DNA of 64,000 nucleotides from Chiloscyllium plagiosum (Eukaryota): assembly GCF_004010195.1 (NCBI RefSeq), contig NC_057719.1, positions 19,214,684 to 19,278,683 of the forward strand, in the 5' to 3' direction. Made by a program: the position numbers and the translations under genes. Positions 26,440 through 39,180 of the stretch are shown here, in pieces (within the stretch, counting starts at the first letter, position 1; every line of letters starts with the position of its first letter). Under the pieces are notes generated by a model. The model made no database searches. It was given only the letters and a program-made list of their open reading frames with translations, and had not been told where the DNA came from.

Positions 26440-27974
26440 CTATCAAAAGAAAACAATTGAGTTAAACGGCAATAGATAGGAATCATAAGGACCTGATAGC
26501 ATTTTGGAAGAATTGTGCAAATGAAACAGTTTCATTCATGCAGTAGAATGTCTACACATGTACTTAAGTTGTATACCTGAAGGGTGAAACACTAAATTGT
26601 CTTGTTTATTTTATGAAGCCAACCTCTCAACACACAGAAGTCTTCCCATTGGTTTCACCTTTTTAAGGAAGATTTATGAAAATGGCATCTAGAATCTTAA
26701 ATCATTCTGCACTTTAGAATTCAATGCAACTTGCAGTCGTGATCAAACAGTCTTTGTGAAAGTCACTTCTCATCTCAGATTATTTTCTTTCTGCATATAT
26801 TGTGGAAGTACAACATGTTTGCTCCAGACATATAGGAAAGTAGGAGGCCCTTTGAATAGTGGAGGCGTCTCAATCAGATTATAGCTCATCAGAAATCTGA
26901 CAGTCCTGAAGTTTTTAACAAAACAAAAGCACAATTTTTCACATGTATGAATAATAACAAAAAGGAAAGATGATGTTTGAGACTGACATTGGAAAAGCTG
27001 CAGTGCAGGTCAGTACTGGATGGAAAATAAAATGTACGACAACTCGCAAACATGTGGACAGGAAGTTTTAGTATCCTTTATCACAAGCTTTCTTGAAACA
27101 CAAAAGGCAATTGCAACAACTATCATTGTGTCAGCCTCATTTTACCTGGCTAACCCCAGGGGATGGTTAGAGTGAATCATAAACAATACCAGTTTCAAAA
27201 GACAATAACAGGAATGGCTAATCACACTGTTCAGCTTTATAATAATTTAGATTGTTATAAAATCATTAATAGTGTGAACAATTCATCCAAATCAACTCTC
27301 CAAGGCCTTGAATATTTAAACAGAAGCCCATGAGTCACATGCAGTGCTTGAACCTTAGCCATTTAGCCCAGGAGGGTCTAGTGAAAGTTTATTTTTGTCA
27401 TAACACACATTACTGTGCAAGATGTTTTCAATTAGACAAAATTAATTTTAAACTATAGTCTACAGTGTAGCTTGCAGGGAATGCTTTTATGCAAATTTAA
27501 TTACAGAAAATTAGATTTTAATTTAGAGTTGTGGTTGATGTTCTGTACTGCAATTATTCTTACATGGGCAAGAGACTCCATTGCAAGTGAATAAGTGGCC
27601 CATAAAGACAATGATTTGGAACCTCATGTCATACAAGTTTGTGATTAGTTTTCTTCCAAGCAAACTTAGTAGTCCTTTGCTGGAATACCTTTCTAAGTCG
27701 CCATTAGTATTTGGATTATCATGGAAAAGACAGCCAACTGCAGCTTCCACACTGCTACTGAGGATGGGACCACCTCAACATTCACTAAATATTAAGTCTG
27801 AAACTAACAGGCTAAAAATCTTTATTTCAAAGTAACTATAGAACACAACACTTTGGAGTATTATATTGTACAAAGTCCCAATTTACTACCAAAGTGTTCC
27901 TTATTGAATAAAGAAAGACTTAAAACAGATGTTGCCACAATACAACATTTCAGATAATGAACATTATAACTTAC

Positions 27975-28083
27975 CAAGCGAAGACCCAACTGCAGCACAA
28001 ATTTCTTTGGGAAAATCCTATGATTTTGCTCAAATATTTTCTGAAGATCAGATCCAAACCGATCCATCACCATAAATCTATAA
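27975..28083 (-). CDS. VRK1: VRK1 coding exon 5 (109 nt): (S)YRFMVMDRFGSDLQKIFEQNHRIFPKKFVLQLGLRL
   Basis: tttag / GTAAGT; hinge region YRFMVMDRFGSDLQ; phase 2 to 0. Lies within ORF 27861..28127. Confidence 0.95.
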
Positions 28084-29760
28084 CTAAATTCAAAAGAGAA
28101 GTTCAATCTTAAATAATACATATCCAATATTCATTTGTGATCGGCATTCTTTGAAATAATTGAACCTGTTCAAATAATATGTTTCCAGATTAAATTGCAA
28201 CGCAATTCTTCAAATTTTAACTAAAATCTATTGTGCCATATCAATGGTATTGAAGGACAATTAGCTCAAGTGGCTAGATAGCCAGTGTGTGGTTAAGAAT
28301 TACACCAACAGCATAGATTCGACTCCCACTTTGGCTAAACTTTGCCTCCTCGCTTGGCCTTGTTACAGAATGTTGCTCTTTAAAGTATATAATTAAGTGC
28401 CTGCCTCCAAATGAGAGAGCTGCCCAGTCTCTCAGATAATGGTTAATTATCTACTTGCTCAGTTGCATAAATAGGCAAATTGGCCTGTAAAAAGGACAGT
28501 AGCAAGACAGCATAAGGGAAAAAAAAGGATACAATTGCAACAAAAATAAACAAGTGCACAAACTCAGCAGGTCTGACAGCATCTGCAGAGAGAAAGAAGA
28601 GTCAACAGTTTGGGTCTCATCACTCTTCTTCAGAACAGGATATATGATTTTCTTTTGGATTTTTATGCAAGAACCCAGATATCTAATGGTGCTTCACCAA
28701 TATTTCCCAAGTGCAATCTGGCAGATTCATAATATGTAAATTTGAAATAATGAAAAACAAGAGAGGGCATGCACATGGTGAGCCCTTATTCACACTGCAA
28801 AGATAATGTTTGCAGCCCCTATTTGAAAAAAAAGAGTTGCACTGAAAGCAACCAATGCTACGTTTAGGAAAGGATGGTTCACACAGAAACATAGCATCAT
28901 ATAGCAAAGTCAATCAGTACTGAACGTAACATAACCCAGTCAAATGCATGACCTGCTAAACAAGGGACCACCTCAATACTCATTAAATATTTAGTCTGAA
29001 ACATAAGTAATTGATAAGCAACTGGAGGCTGTCACCAAAATGTAAGCTTTTTAATTAAAAAATATTTTCCTGAATTGCAATCAGGTCCAGCTTCATTGAC
29101 TGCACTGTCAAATACCTTTAACGCTATTTAAATTCTGTCCTAAGATCTACTCAAAGATGACTGTGACCCCACTCCAAAATGAAACTCTTAAGCAAGTTGC
29201 CTGTAAATACTTGATAGGGGCCTGCAGTAGACCTTCTGTCATATTGTTAGGAATACCCAGTACTTGGTTATGTGTTTTAGTATAGATTTAGGTGTGGGAA
29301 TCAAATGTTTTAACGTCAGGAATTGAAGTAAATGAAATTAAAGTAAACTAAGAGGCTATTAAGTCTTAAAAGATCGGGCCCATGTTTGCTTAAGAAGTTA
29401 ACAATTAGAAACATGACCATAAAAAAATCCACCTAGCTTATTAGCCAAAGAGCTAGAGACAATATTTGCAATGCTTGCAAGAACCGCAGCCCAGAGAGAT
29501 ACTTTTAATTTGGAGTAAGACAAAATTAGTTTAAATGCATTCAGCGAAGTCTTCACTATTGCAAAACCAGTTTACAATGCCTTATTTGATCTGATGAAGC
29601 AAATTATGGATAATTAATCAAAGTTGGTTTGAGTAGCCAGCTCAGGGGGTTTCAATATGGAGAAGAATGATGCTAAGGGATGCACTCTAGTTTCAATTTA
29701 TTTGAATGTTTATTGGAAACATTAGCTGCAGCCCATGTGACTTTCAGCTTACTAATTTGT

Positions 29761-30076
29761 GGGCGGCACGGTGGCACAGTGGTTAGCACTGCTGCCTCAC
29801 AGCACCTGAGACCCGGGTTCAATTCCCGCCTCAGGCGACTGACTGTGTGGAGTTTGCACGTTCTCCCCGTGTCTGCGTGGGTTTCCTCCGGGTGCTCTGG
29901 TTTCCTCCCACAGTCCAAAGATGTGCAGGTCAGGTGAATTGGCCATGCTAAATTGCCCGTAGTGTTAGGTAAGGGGTAAATGTAGGGGTATGGGTGGGTT
30001 GCGCTTCGGCGGGTCGGTGTGGACTTGTTGGGTCGAAGGGCCTGTTTCCACACTGCAAGTAATCTAATCTAATCTA
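29761..30076 (+). mobile_element. Young full-length HE1/V-SINE-like tRNA-derived SINE
   Basis: Pol III box A TGGCACAGTGG and box B GGTTCAATTCC; central gtgtggagtttgcacgttctccccgtgtctgcgtgggtttcctccggg; CR1-like 3' end with TAATC repeats; CpGs retained. Confidence 0.92.
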
Positions 30077-30620
30077 AGACATAGTTGGAGTAACTTTTAC
30101 TTAGGATACCTGCACTATAAACAAATATGATTCAAACTGTGAAATGCAGGTGAGGATTAACCTCAGTTTGAATGTTGTGAGGGAACAGACACCTGATGGT
30201 TGCCTAGTTTGAAGGCAGTAATTGAAACAGCTTAGCTTTCAAGTAGCCAGAACGAAAACAATTGTGCATCCAGTCTATTAAGACAAATTAAACTTTTGCC
30301 TTGAAGAATAGTTGGAACCAAGGGGAATTAAAGCTAAGTTTCCAGAGGACTGCAGTGTACACAGGGGCTATTTTTCCCATAACTTTTAGATTGATGCATC
30401 CCATGAGAACTAATGGGGGAATTTAAGTAAATTTGAGTGCACAACAACATGGTGTACAAGTACATATTAGAAGTTAATTGTATTTGCTTTATTTAAGATT
30501 TATATGTATATAATGAAGATTCTTGTTTAGAAAAAGTAGTCTTGTGGCATTGAGCTACTGTTTAAATCAAGATGTTAAAATTTTCTTTTAAATGATAACC
30601 ATCCCTACTAGCATGCAACA

Positions 30621-30710
30621 TGATGAAGGGCTTTTGCCCGAAACGCCGATTTTCCTGCTCTTCGGATGCTGCCTGAACTGCTGTGCCATTCCAGCACCAC
30701 ACTCCGACTG
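30621..30710 (+). mobile_element. Short Penelope pLTR fragment with a degenerate hammerhead core
   Basis: TGATGAAGGGCTTTTGCCCGAAACGCC; degenerate flanking repeats gcatgcaacatga / gtatgtaacatga. Confidence 0.7.
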
Positions 30711-31073
30711 GTATGTAACATGACTTAAGTAGGATGAGTCATTTTTGTCTAATAACTGAATAAATGTGACAAATCTGCCACTATTTATTTATCAACAGAG
30801 ATAAATTAGAATAAAGGAAGAACAGATTTATAGTAACTATTCAACAAACTGCCACAGGACATGGTCATTTTCCCTGTGCTAATACTTAATTTAAATTACA
30901 TTAAACCAAACAAAGCCCCCACCAGGAGTTTTCTCTGTTGATCTGAGTGGACCGCCCATTCCTGTTCCTATCTCCCGATCTAATAGGGTGTGTTGATCTA
31001 TCCCAATCTTCAACTACCTTAGTAATATCGTATAAGCAATTAACCCCAGTTTTATATATATATTATATATTAC

Positions 31074-31360
31074 CTAGTGTAGAAACAGGCCCTTCGGCCC
31101 AACCAGTCCACACCAACCCTCTGAAGAATAACCCACACAGACCCATTTCCCTCTGACTAACTGATCTAACACTATGGCGCAATTTAGCATGGCCAATTCA
31201 TTTAATGTGCACATCCTGGGATTGTGGGAGGAAACCGGAGTAAACCCATGCAGACACGGGGAGAATGTGCAAACTCCACACAGTCACCCAATGCTGGAAT
31301 CGAATCTGGAACCCTGGTGTTGTGAGACAGCAGTGGTAACCACTGAGTACCGTGCTGCCC
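31074..31360 (-). mobile_element. HE1/V-SINE-like SINE
   Basis: Reverse complement of the 29761-30076 family, more diverged. Confidence 0.85.
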
Positions 31361-32190
31361 ACTATCTCCAAAGCCCTTTGAACATATACTGAAACAAAAT
31401 AAAACATTTTAATGATCTCAAATTCAATTCAACAGGACACAGATTCGCAATTTAATCCATTTCTTTCAAATTTTAACTTTGTATTACAAAGTATGTCACA
31501 ATTGATTTGATTGGTTCCAATCAGTTTGGACAAGAATACAAGTAGTGCCCCTTGAAAAGCAACGCATGAGTGTGAGAAAATTTACATGAACATGCACTTT
31601 CCGGAACTATATTTAGCTTCTCAAACTGTAATGTGTAAAAATTTTCAACAGCAACCTTTATCCACATAACTCAACATAATGAAGTGGCCCAAGGCATTTC
31701 ACAGGAGCATTATATAATGAAGTATGATATTTAGTCACACCAGGAAAAATTAGGTCAGGCAATCAAAAGCTTGGTCAAAGGTAACTTTAAAAAAAAAGTG
31801 ATAAAAGGAGGAAAGCAAGGCATAGGAAGGAGCCTTCGCCTCAAGGGACAATGACCACTTTCCAGCAATTTGGAAAATAGTGTAGCAGTATGCAAGTTAG
31901 CCAGGAAGCAGGCTTTGTCAAAGTTGGGAGCAAGATGTGCCACACAGTGGCCATTCACGGAAACTAATCTTATTTTATGATTGGAAGCAGCAGCAGTTAA
32001 TAGTAAACGCTCTAAAGACAATAAAGCTTCAGTTTGAAACAACATGTGCTTTCAGCTTGATGGAGCTCCGAAGGCCACAAAATTGAAGAAAATCAATTCA
32101 CTGCAAAAACTCTGGGGATTAATGCATATTCTAGAGTCAAAATACACCTCCACTGACCTGCAATGCATGATAGGCTGCATACAAGCTTAC

Positions 32191-32278
32191 CTGTTGCCTC
32201 CTTTATCATATAGTCCTGAGCCCCAATACTTGGGTACACCAAGATAATTTAATTTGCGGGATGCTATCCAGCTATGAA
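32191..32278 (-). CDS. VRK1: VRK1 coding exon 4 (88 nt): (I)HSWIASRKLNYLGVPKYWGSGLYDKGGN
   Basis: Polypyrimidine tract plus ccacag acceptor; GTAAGC donor; LGVPKYWGSG motif; phase 1 to 2. Confidence 0.95.
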
Positions 32279-32942
32279 CTGTGGAAAGAAAAAAAAAAAT
32301 CACAAAAAAAGTTTGGATAAAATAATTTACATCAAATACATTATGACGCTATTGTCCAAGAGAAGCACAATTATACTTCTCATAACCTTGAACAGTCTTA
32401 GGAAAATAGGAAAATATATTTTTGAGATAGATACAAAGTTATTTGACTAGAATATGTCTGAGCAACAACAGCACTTCATACTAAATGCCACAATTGCCAG
32501 TCTGTCAGCAATTATTATTGAAAAGATCAGCAACGGGCATCCATAGATAAGGAAGTGATCAACAGACAGCATGTTAGAACTTGGATACAGATGTATGTCA
32601 TATTTTCAAATAAACCCAGCTGATGACTAAAGAAAATGCTACAGTTTCTGCGTTGCACTCAGATTAGCACCAAAAGTTTTAAAATTACTACTTATGGACA
32701 TGAGCAATTATTTAAACAGAACATTCACAAATACAGAATCAATGGGTACAGGATTGATGCAGTAAACCAAACAATCACCAGCATTTCCACTAAATATGCA
32801 ACGCTTATGTAATGAATATTTAGCACTTACAAACAAATCCAATTTCATAGATCCAATTTGTTCACAGGTTAGTTTTAGGAAAGTCAGTTACTTCCACACT
32901 ACATGACAACTGATCTTTCACATGCAATATACTTGAACTCAC

Positions 32943-33012
32943 TTAGCTCTGGTTTTGCTGCTCTCATATAAAACTTGAGTTCTGAAAAAAGTGGTCCATT
33001 GGTGCTGGGTTC
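32943..33012 (-). CDS. VRK1: VRK1 coding exon 3 (70 nt): EPSTNGPLFSELKFYMRAAKPEL
   Basis: ttttag / GTGAGT boundaries. The NGPLFxELKFY alphaC-helix motif is characteristic of VRKs. Phase 0 to 1. Confidence 0.95.
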
Positions 33013-33119
33013 CTAAAAACAGAAGAGACACACATTAGGATTCTATAAACTGTGTATGATTGAAACCATAATATTTTGTACATTTCAATAATAATCCAGA
33101 GACATTCAGTCAAATCATC

Positions 33120-33600
33120 AGGGTTCAGAAAATATTTAAGGATGTTGTCAGGGTTGGAGGATTTAAACTTGCAGGGAGAGGCTGAAAAGTCTGGGGCTGT
33201 TTTTACTGGAGCATCGGAGGCTGAGGGGTGACTTTAACTAGATTTATAAAATCATGAGGGGCATGGATATGGCAAATAGAGAAGATCTTTTCCCTGGGTG
33301 GAGCAGTCCAGAACTAGAGGGAATAGGGTGAGAGGGGAAAGATATAAAAGAGATCTAAGGGGCAACCTTTTCATGCAAAGGGTGGTGTGTGTATGGAATA
33401 AGCTGCCAGAGAAAGTGTTGGAGGCTGATACAATTGCAACATTTAAAAGGCATCTGGATGGGTATATGAATGGTAAGAGTTTGAAGGGATATGGGCCAGG
33501 TGTTGGCAAGTGGGACTAGATTAGGTTGGGATATCTGGTTGGCATGGACGAGTTGGACCGAAGGTTCTGTTTCCGTGCTGTACATCGCCATGACTCTGAG
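33120..33600 (+). mobile_element. CR1 3' fragment
   Basis: SRTRGNRVRGERYKRDLRGNLFMQRVVCVWNKLP (CR1 ORF2 C-terminus) plus 3' UTR. Confidence 0.88.
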
Positions 33601-36515
33601 TTTCATCAATGAGATGGATTTATTTAGACAATCGCAGAACTTAGGACTTTGGCATACTTATGAGTGATTACTCAATTTATTGTTTAAAATTAGGGATGCT
33701 CGAGAGCCCAGAATTCAAGGATAGCAAAAATCTCAGCAACTTATATGGCTGAAAGAGAATGGAGATAAGAAGGTAGGATTAGAAAATAAAAACGAGAAAT
33801 ATAAATTGAGCATTGCTTAACCATGAACCTCTGTAGGTCAGCAAGCACAAGTCAGATAGATGACCAAGAATTATTGCAAGTTAGGAAACAAAGATTTGGA
33901 TGACATCAAGTTTATGGCGGGTTGAATGTCAGAAGATAGGTCAGTTGTACACAGAACCAGTCAAGTTTCCAGGCAACAAAAACATGGTGTTAGTAGATGA
34001 GTGGAGACCAAGTTGGATAATGGTGAAAACAGATAGTTCGCATCATGGTGCATATATATTGTATACAGTTCACTGCAGGATCAAGTATTACCTCAATCAA
34101 GCAACAGTTCAGCCACAGACCCAATTGCCAAGGAGAAAGGCAGTCAGTGGTAGGCGCTGGACATTTGAAAGGGAGACTGACACGCTGAATACAGGCTTCA
34201 GTCTTCCCAAATATTGAAGTGTTTACTTGGAGGAAAGGTCCACTCAGTGTAGTGACTTGCATAAAGCAATGCGACAGATAGTCAGAGGAGAATTGAGACA
34301 TAATGAAGAGATAGGGTTGACCAGCATAGAGTGAAAATGGATGGTATGAACTTGCTATGAAGGAACTACACATACATGAGATATAGGAATGGGACAAGGT
34401 TAGTGCCTTGAGGAATCGAAAAACAACCACAAGGAATTCGGAAGATAAGCTATTGTAGCTATGGCTCTAAATTGATATACAAGAAATGGAATCACAAGTG
34501 TACAATTTAACCCAATTCAGAGAAGAAAGAAAGGCAATAGAGGGGAGGGGAATCGCTAACCATGCCAAAAGTTATAGACAAAGGGGACGAAAGAATGGAT
34601 TTACTAACAGCAAAACTATTTAAGATGTAATTTTGACTTTGGTAAGAGCTCATTCTGCACTATAACAAAGGTGGAGGCTTGCTTGGAGGTATTAAAGAGT
34701 ACAGAAAATCATAAACATACATTTGAATGGAAGTTGGGTCATCAGCAGTAAGGATAAGGGCAAGGAGATTTGACTCATTAACGACTCATCTCAGACAAGG
34801 TGAGCATGGAGGGTTCCAGAGAAACAGCATAGAAACAACAAAAATGTCAGCGATAGGCAGCAGTGATTTGGGAGCTTTAGCCTGGTGATGGTGGTGAGGA
34901 GGTGAACCAGCACAGACAGTTGAAGTGTTTTAAGTAGCTATTCGTCCAACAAAGTTATGAGTATCTCACGTTAGTTGTTGCAGGCAAGGGCCAATGAAAT
35001 AGGGGAGCAGTGTTCAAGGTTGTACACACTAGAGAACAGAAGCTGATACTTGTTTTCCAGAATGATCAGAAATCATTCACTTTTGGCAGATAAGAGCAGA
35101 ATCTGACAGTGCTTTATGTGGTCCAGCCAGATCCAGGTGGTGACAGGATTAAACCAGTTGAAAGCCAAAGTCATTCAAGTCTGTATTCATTGAACTTAAA
35201 CAATTTGAAATAAGCGATCAGTGAGATTGCCAGTGTGACAGTAACTGTCTTGAAGGAGATTAGGGCATTAAATATAGAAGTGAGTAGATCAGTAGATGCA
35301 GAAATGTAGTAAATGAACAGCCAAAGATAAATAATTATAACTTTGAAAATGCAGTGGTAAATGAATTGAAGAGAGTTTCTGAATATTATCTGACATAAAA
35401 TTTTAAAGGTAAAATTGGTGCTGATATTATAATTGATGAATGATAAAGTGGCTATGGTGCCATTACAGCAATCCATTTGACGAGGCCCAGAAGAATTGCA
35501 CAGCATAACAAACCAGATGATTTCTACTACCACACTACTCAGAAAAACAACCAAAAGGATTTATATTTCACAACACAACTTTCTAAAAAAACATTCACTG
35601 GAAGAGATTTTAGCATTAGTTTTAAATGACCATTTTACTAATTTATAAAAGCGATGTGTCTAATTTTCAAACCTAGCCTTATCAGAACACTTTGTATCTC
35701 ATTTGACAGGAATTACAAAATGTCCTACTAGCACATTTTTCAACAACTCCTAATCAAACAGGTAAAAACAACAGAATAGCATCATTTAGTCAAAGATATT
35801 GTCTCAATGCTAATTCAATGGGTTAGAAGTCAATTGAGGCATTAAAAACGGAAATGCGAAAATTAATCAAGTCAAAGTAACAACTGTTTATTTTCTTCAC
35901 CAAGGAAAATTGCTTCAGCATATGAAGCAATGGTAAAAATATACATAGGATCAGAATGATTACAGCATTAGAGAACATTCTACCTATGTTGGCTGACTGT
36001 CAAAGTATTTTGCCTCGTGGGACTTTGCTACCTTCATCGCATAGCCAATTTTAGGTTTCAATAATGATCTAATTCTCTTTTGAAAGCCTCAGTTAACCCT
36101 GCCTTCACATTCTGAAGCAGTGCATCCAGGTCATAACCACACCGCAAAATGTTTTAACTATATCCCAATTACCAATTCTGCCAACTACCTTACAATCTGT
36201 ACCATCTGCTTCTCAATCACTATGACAGAGAACAGTTTCTTTTTAAGTCCCCATGTATTTTTGTCCAGACCCCTCATGAGCGAATATCTATGAAATTTTC
36301 TCTGAACATTCATCTTGAAAGAGAACAGTCCCAGCTTCTCCAATCTATCAGTCAAGTTCCTCATGCCTGAAACTCGAGTTGAAGACATACCATTGTTTCT
36401 AAAAGATGAACATAACTTGTTTACTTTTCCACTTTATCCCCATGTTTAAATCATGGGATCATCTAACTTTTATCAACCACTCTTTACCTGCCTTGCCACC
36501 TCCAATTACGTGGGT

Positions 36516-36739
36516 ACATTATTTGCAGTTCTTCTGCTCCTGCATCCTCTTTAGAGTTGCCCCTCTCATTTTATACTGTCTCGCCATACTCTTCCAACCA
36601 AAATAAATCTGCTACAGTAACAGATTCTACCAGGCCAACCCCCTCACATTATTTGCAGTTCTTCTGCTCCTGCATCCTCTTTAGAGTTGCCCCTCTCATT
36701 TTATACTGTCTCGCCATACTCTTCCAACCAAAATAAATC
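36516..36739. repeat. 94-bp direct duplication separated by a 36-bp templated insertion
   Basis: 36516-36609 equals 36646-36739; 36609-36645 equals 37619-37655. Confidence 0.92.
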
Positions 36740-37353
36740 ATTCCGCACTGCTCTGCTCTAAATTTTATCTTCCAGATGTTCAGCCATTCCACTAAGGTAT
36801 GTTCTTTTGAGGTTTCTCTCAGTTTACAGCAATTCTAAATTTTGCACCATGTCCAAATTTAGAAATTGTGCCCTATACAAAGTTAGCTAATTAATGATGA
36901 TTAAAGGAAAGCAAGGTTACAATACAGATTCTAGGAAATGAATGAAGTTGGGGGAAGAGGCAGAAGCTAACTGTGGAATCAAGAGCAAGGGGAGAAGTGA
37001 AGAGCATGGCCTCCTTTTCTTTCTGCCCTCTGTTTTCCCTCTTTAACAGATGCTGGCACTAAACTTTAATAAAGATTCCTAAGTACAGGGGAGCCAACCA
37101 TAAAAAAGATAATACATTTGCAAACATCACATGATCCAATGTCATCAATGCAACATCACAGTCTGATACTACTTGTCCAAATGTCCCAAATGCCTACAAC
37201 AGAACAGATAATCGTACTCACTGTATTAACGATCTGCTAAAAACTCTAGAGCCAGCCCTGGCATTTCAAACATTTAGTAGAGACGGAATCTTCTGATTGG
37301 CAATTTCCCTGGCTTTACCAGCCATGTGCTTTAACCCTACAACAACTGTCTTA

Positions 37354-37586
37354 AACCAAAAGAGAAAATGCTGGAAAATCTCAGCAGGTCTGGCAGCATC
37401 TGTAAGGAGAGAAAAGAGCTGACGTTTCAAGTCTAACTGACCCTTTGTCAGATCTCATGACAAAGGGTCAGTTAGACTCGAAACGTCAGCTCTTTTCTCT
37501 CCTTACAGATGCTGCCAGACCTGCTGAGATTTTCCAGCATTTTCTCTTTTGGTTTCAGATTCCAGCATCCGCAGTAATTTGCTTTT
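37354..37586. mobile_element. Young palindromic Penelope-derived mini-element with a 13-bp TSD
   Basis: Arms 37353-37450 and 37458-37555 (98 bp, 1 mismatch, 7-nt loop); AACAACTGTCTTA at 37341-37353 and 37587-37599. Confidence 0.9.
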
Positions 37587-38819
37587 AACAACTGTCTTAC
37601 CCCTCTGCCTTACACAAGCTGCTACAGTAACAGATTCTACCAGGCCAACCCCCTCTCAATATTAAATAATCCTGGGATGAAAATGAACTAAGTAACTCAT
37701 CCAAAAGAAAATTAACTGAAATCACATTGTGCTTGCAGGGTTCTAAGCATTAGGGACAATCCAGAGAAAAGTAAGGAAAAATAACTAAGAATTGCTGCAG
37801 GAGATGGCCAATCCAAGACCATTTCTCATCTGTTAAACTGTACAGTTAGCATTTAGAAAATAATGACTCCTGCATGCCTGAACCAAGCCTCTGAGATTAC
37901 CTTAACTTAGACTTCATCGTGAAACAAAACAAAGAAAAAGAAACAATCTTTACACTAATATTTATTTGGTAGCAGCCCAATCTTATGGGTGCTGGTTTAT
38001 AAACAAGATCTGTTCATTGTGCCAGCACAACAATGCAGTTCAAGGTTGATAAAACAGTTCTGAGGCAGGCAGGTGGAAAGCAGAGGCACAATGGTAGCCA
38101 ATAGCGTAGGGGTTCCTGCTTTTCTTTTAGTGCAGGTCCCACATTATGTGGGATTATTGAAAGAAAAAATTACAGCAAAATTCTAAGCAGCCTTGTTTTT
38201 TTTTCAAAATGTCCGTTTCACATTATCACAATCACAACTGATGAATTCTATCCTTGAGTTGTACAAATCAAATAAATGGATAGACAGATACATAATCCAG
38301 CCTTGCATGGATTATATTCTCCATGATACAGCCTGCCAAATCCAGGGAGTAAACTTGCACAAAATTCAAGTATTACCCAATTTGAAAGACAAATCTACTC
38401 ATTTTCAGAACAGGTCTTAAAGCTTCAAATCTTAAACTTTTTTTAAAGAGGACACTTTTCTGCGGTTCCACTGTCAAAAATCAGTTTTTCTCAAAGCCAA
38501 TCTGGATTGTTCAGGTTAACTAGTAACCAGATGTTTGATACAAGCAGAACATCCTTCTGAAGAACATACAGCATTTGTCAAGGCATATTACAGTGCAATT
38601 CAAGTATAGCAGTTCACAGTGCAATATAGATCCAATTAAGTCAAATATAATAAATAAAATTCTAGATATAGTAACATGCTATTTACATTCACAGAACACA
38701 TTTACTAATAAATACAACCAGGGAAAGTTTACACATGTCCCAATGTAGGGGAGCGTTAAATTCTCTCTTTTCCTCATTTGTGGCATGGAAAGAGAAGTGA
38801 AACTCAACAGGTCAGACTT

Positions 38820-39180
38820 TTTTTCACTCATTCACAGGATGAGAGCGCCGCTGTCTAGGCCAGAATTTATCACTCATTTCTAATTGCCCAGAGGGCAGTT
38901 GAGAGTCAAACACATTGCTGTGGGTCTGGAGTCACATGTAGGCCAGACCAGGTAAGGGTGGCAGTTTCCTTTCCTAAAAGGACATCAATGAACTAGATGA
39001 GTTTTTGTTTTACAACAACTGACAATGGATTCATGGTCATCATTAGACTCAATTTCAGATTATTTTTATTGAATTCAAATTCCACCATCTGCCGTGGCAG
39101 GATTCGAACCCAGGTCCCCAAAACATTATCTGGGTCTCTGGATTAACAGTCCAACGATAATGACACGAGGTCATTGCCTT
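38820..39180 (-). mobile_element. tRNA-derived SINE of a second family
   Basis: Minus-strand box B GGTTCGAATCC at ~39100-39110; the body resembles the decayed copy at ~52880-53150. Confidence 0.65.

Noticed and set aside
29761..29835. Possible tRNA gene (boxes A and B)
   Set aside because: It continues into a SINE body and tail, and I could not form a full cloverleaf.
29673..30053. 126-aa and 85-aa ORFs
   Set aside because: Chance frames across a GC-rich SINE. The same peptides recur at the other SINE copies.
29245..30620. Possible solo LTR (TG...CA) hosting a SINE
   Set aside because: No matching TSD and no second copy in the window, so it cannot be supported without a library search.
33760..35554. 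ORFs of 105-146 aa in an intron
   Set aside because: No recognisable domain or splice support. The region looks like a highly decayed LINE (L2-like) remnant.
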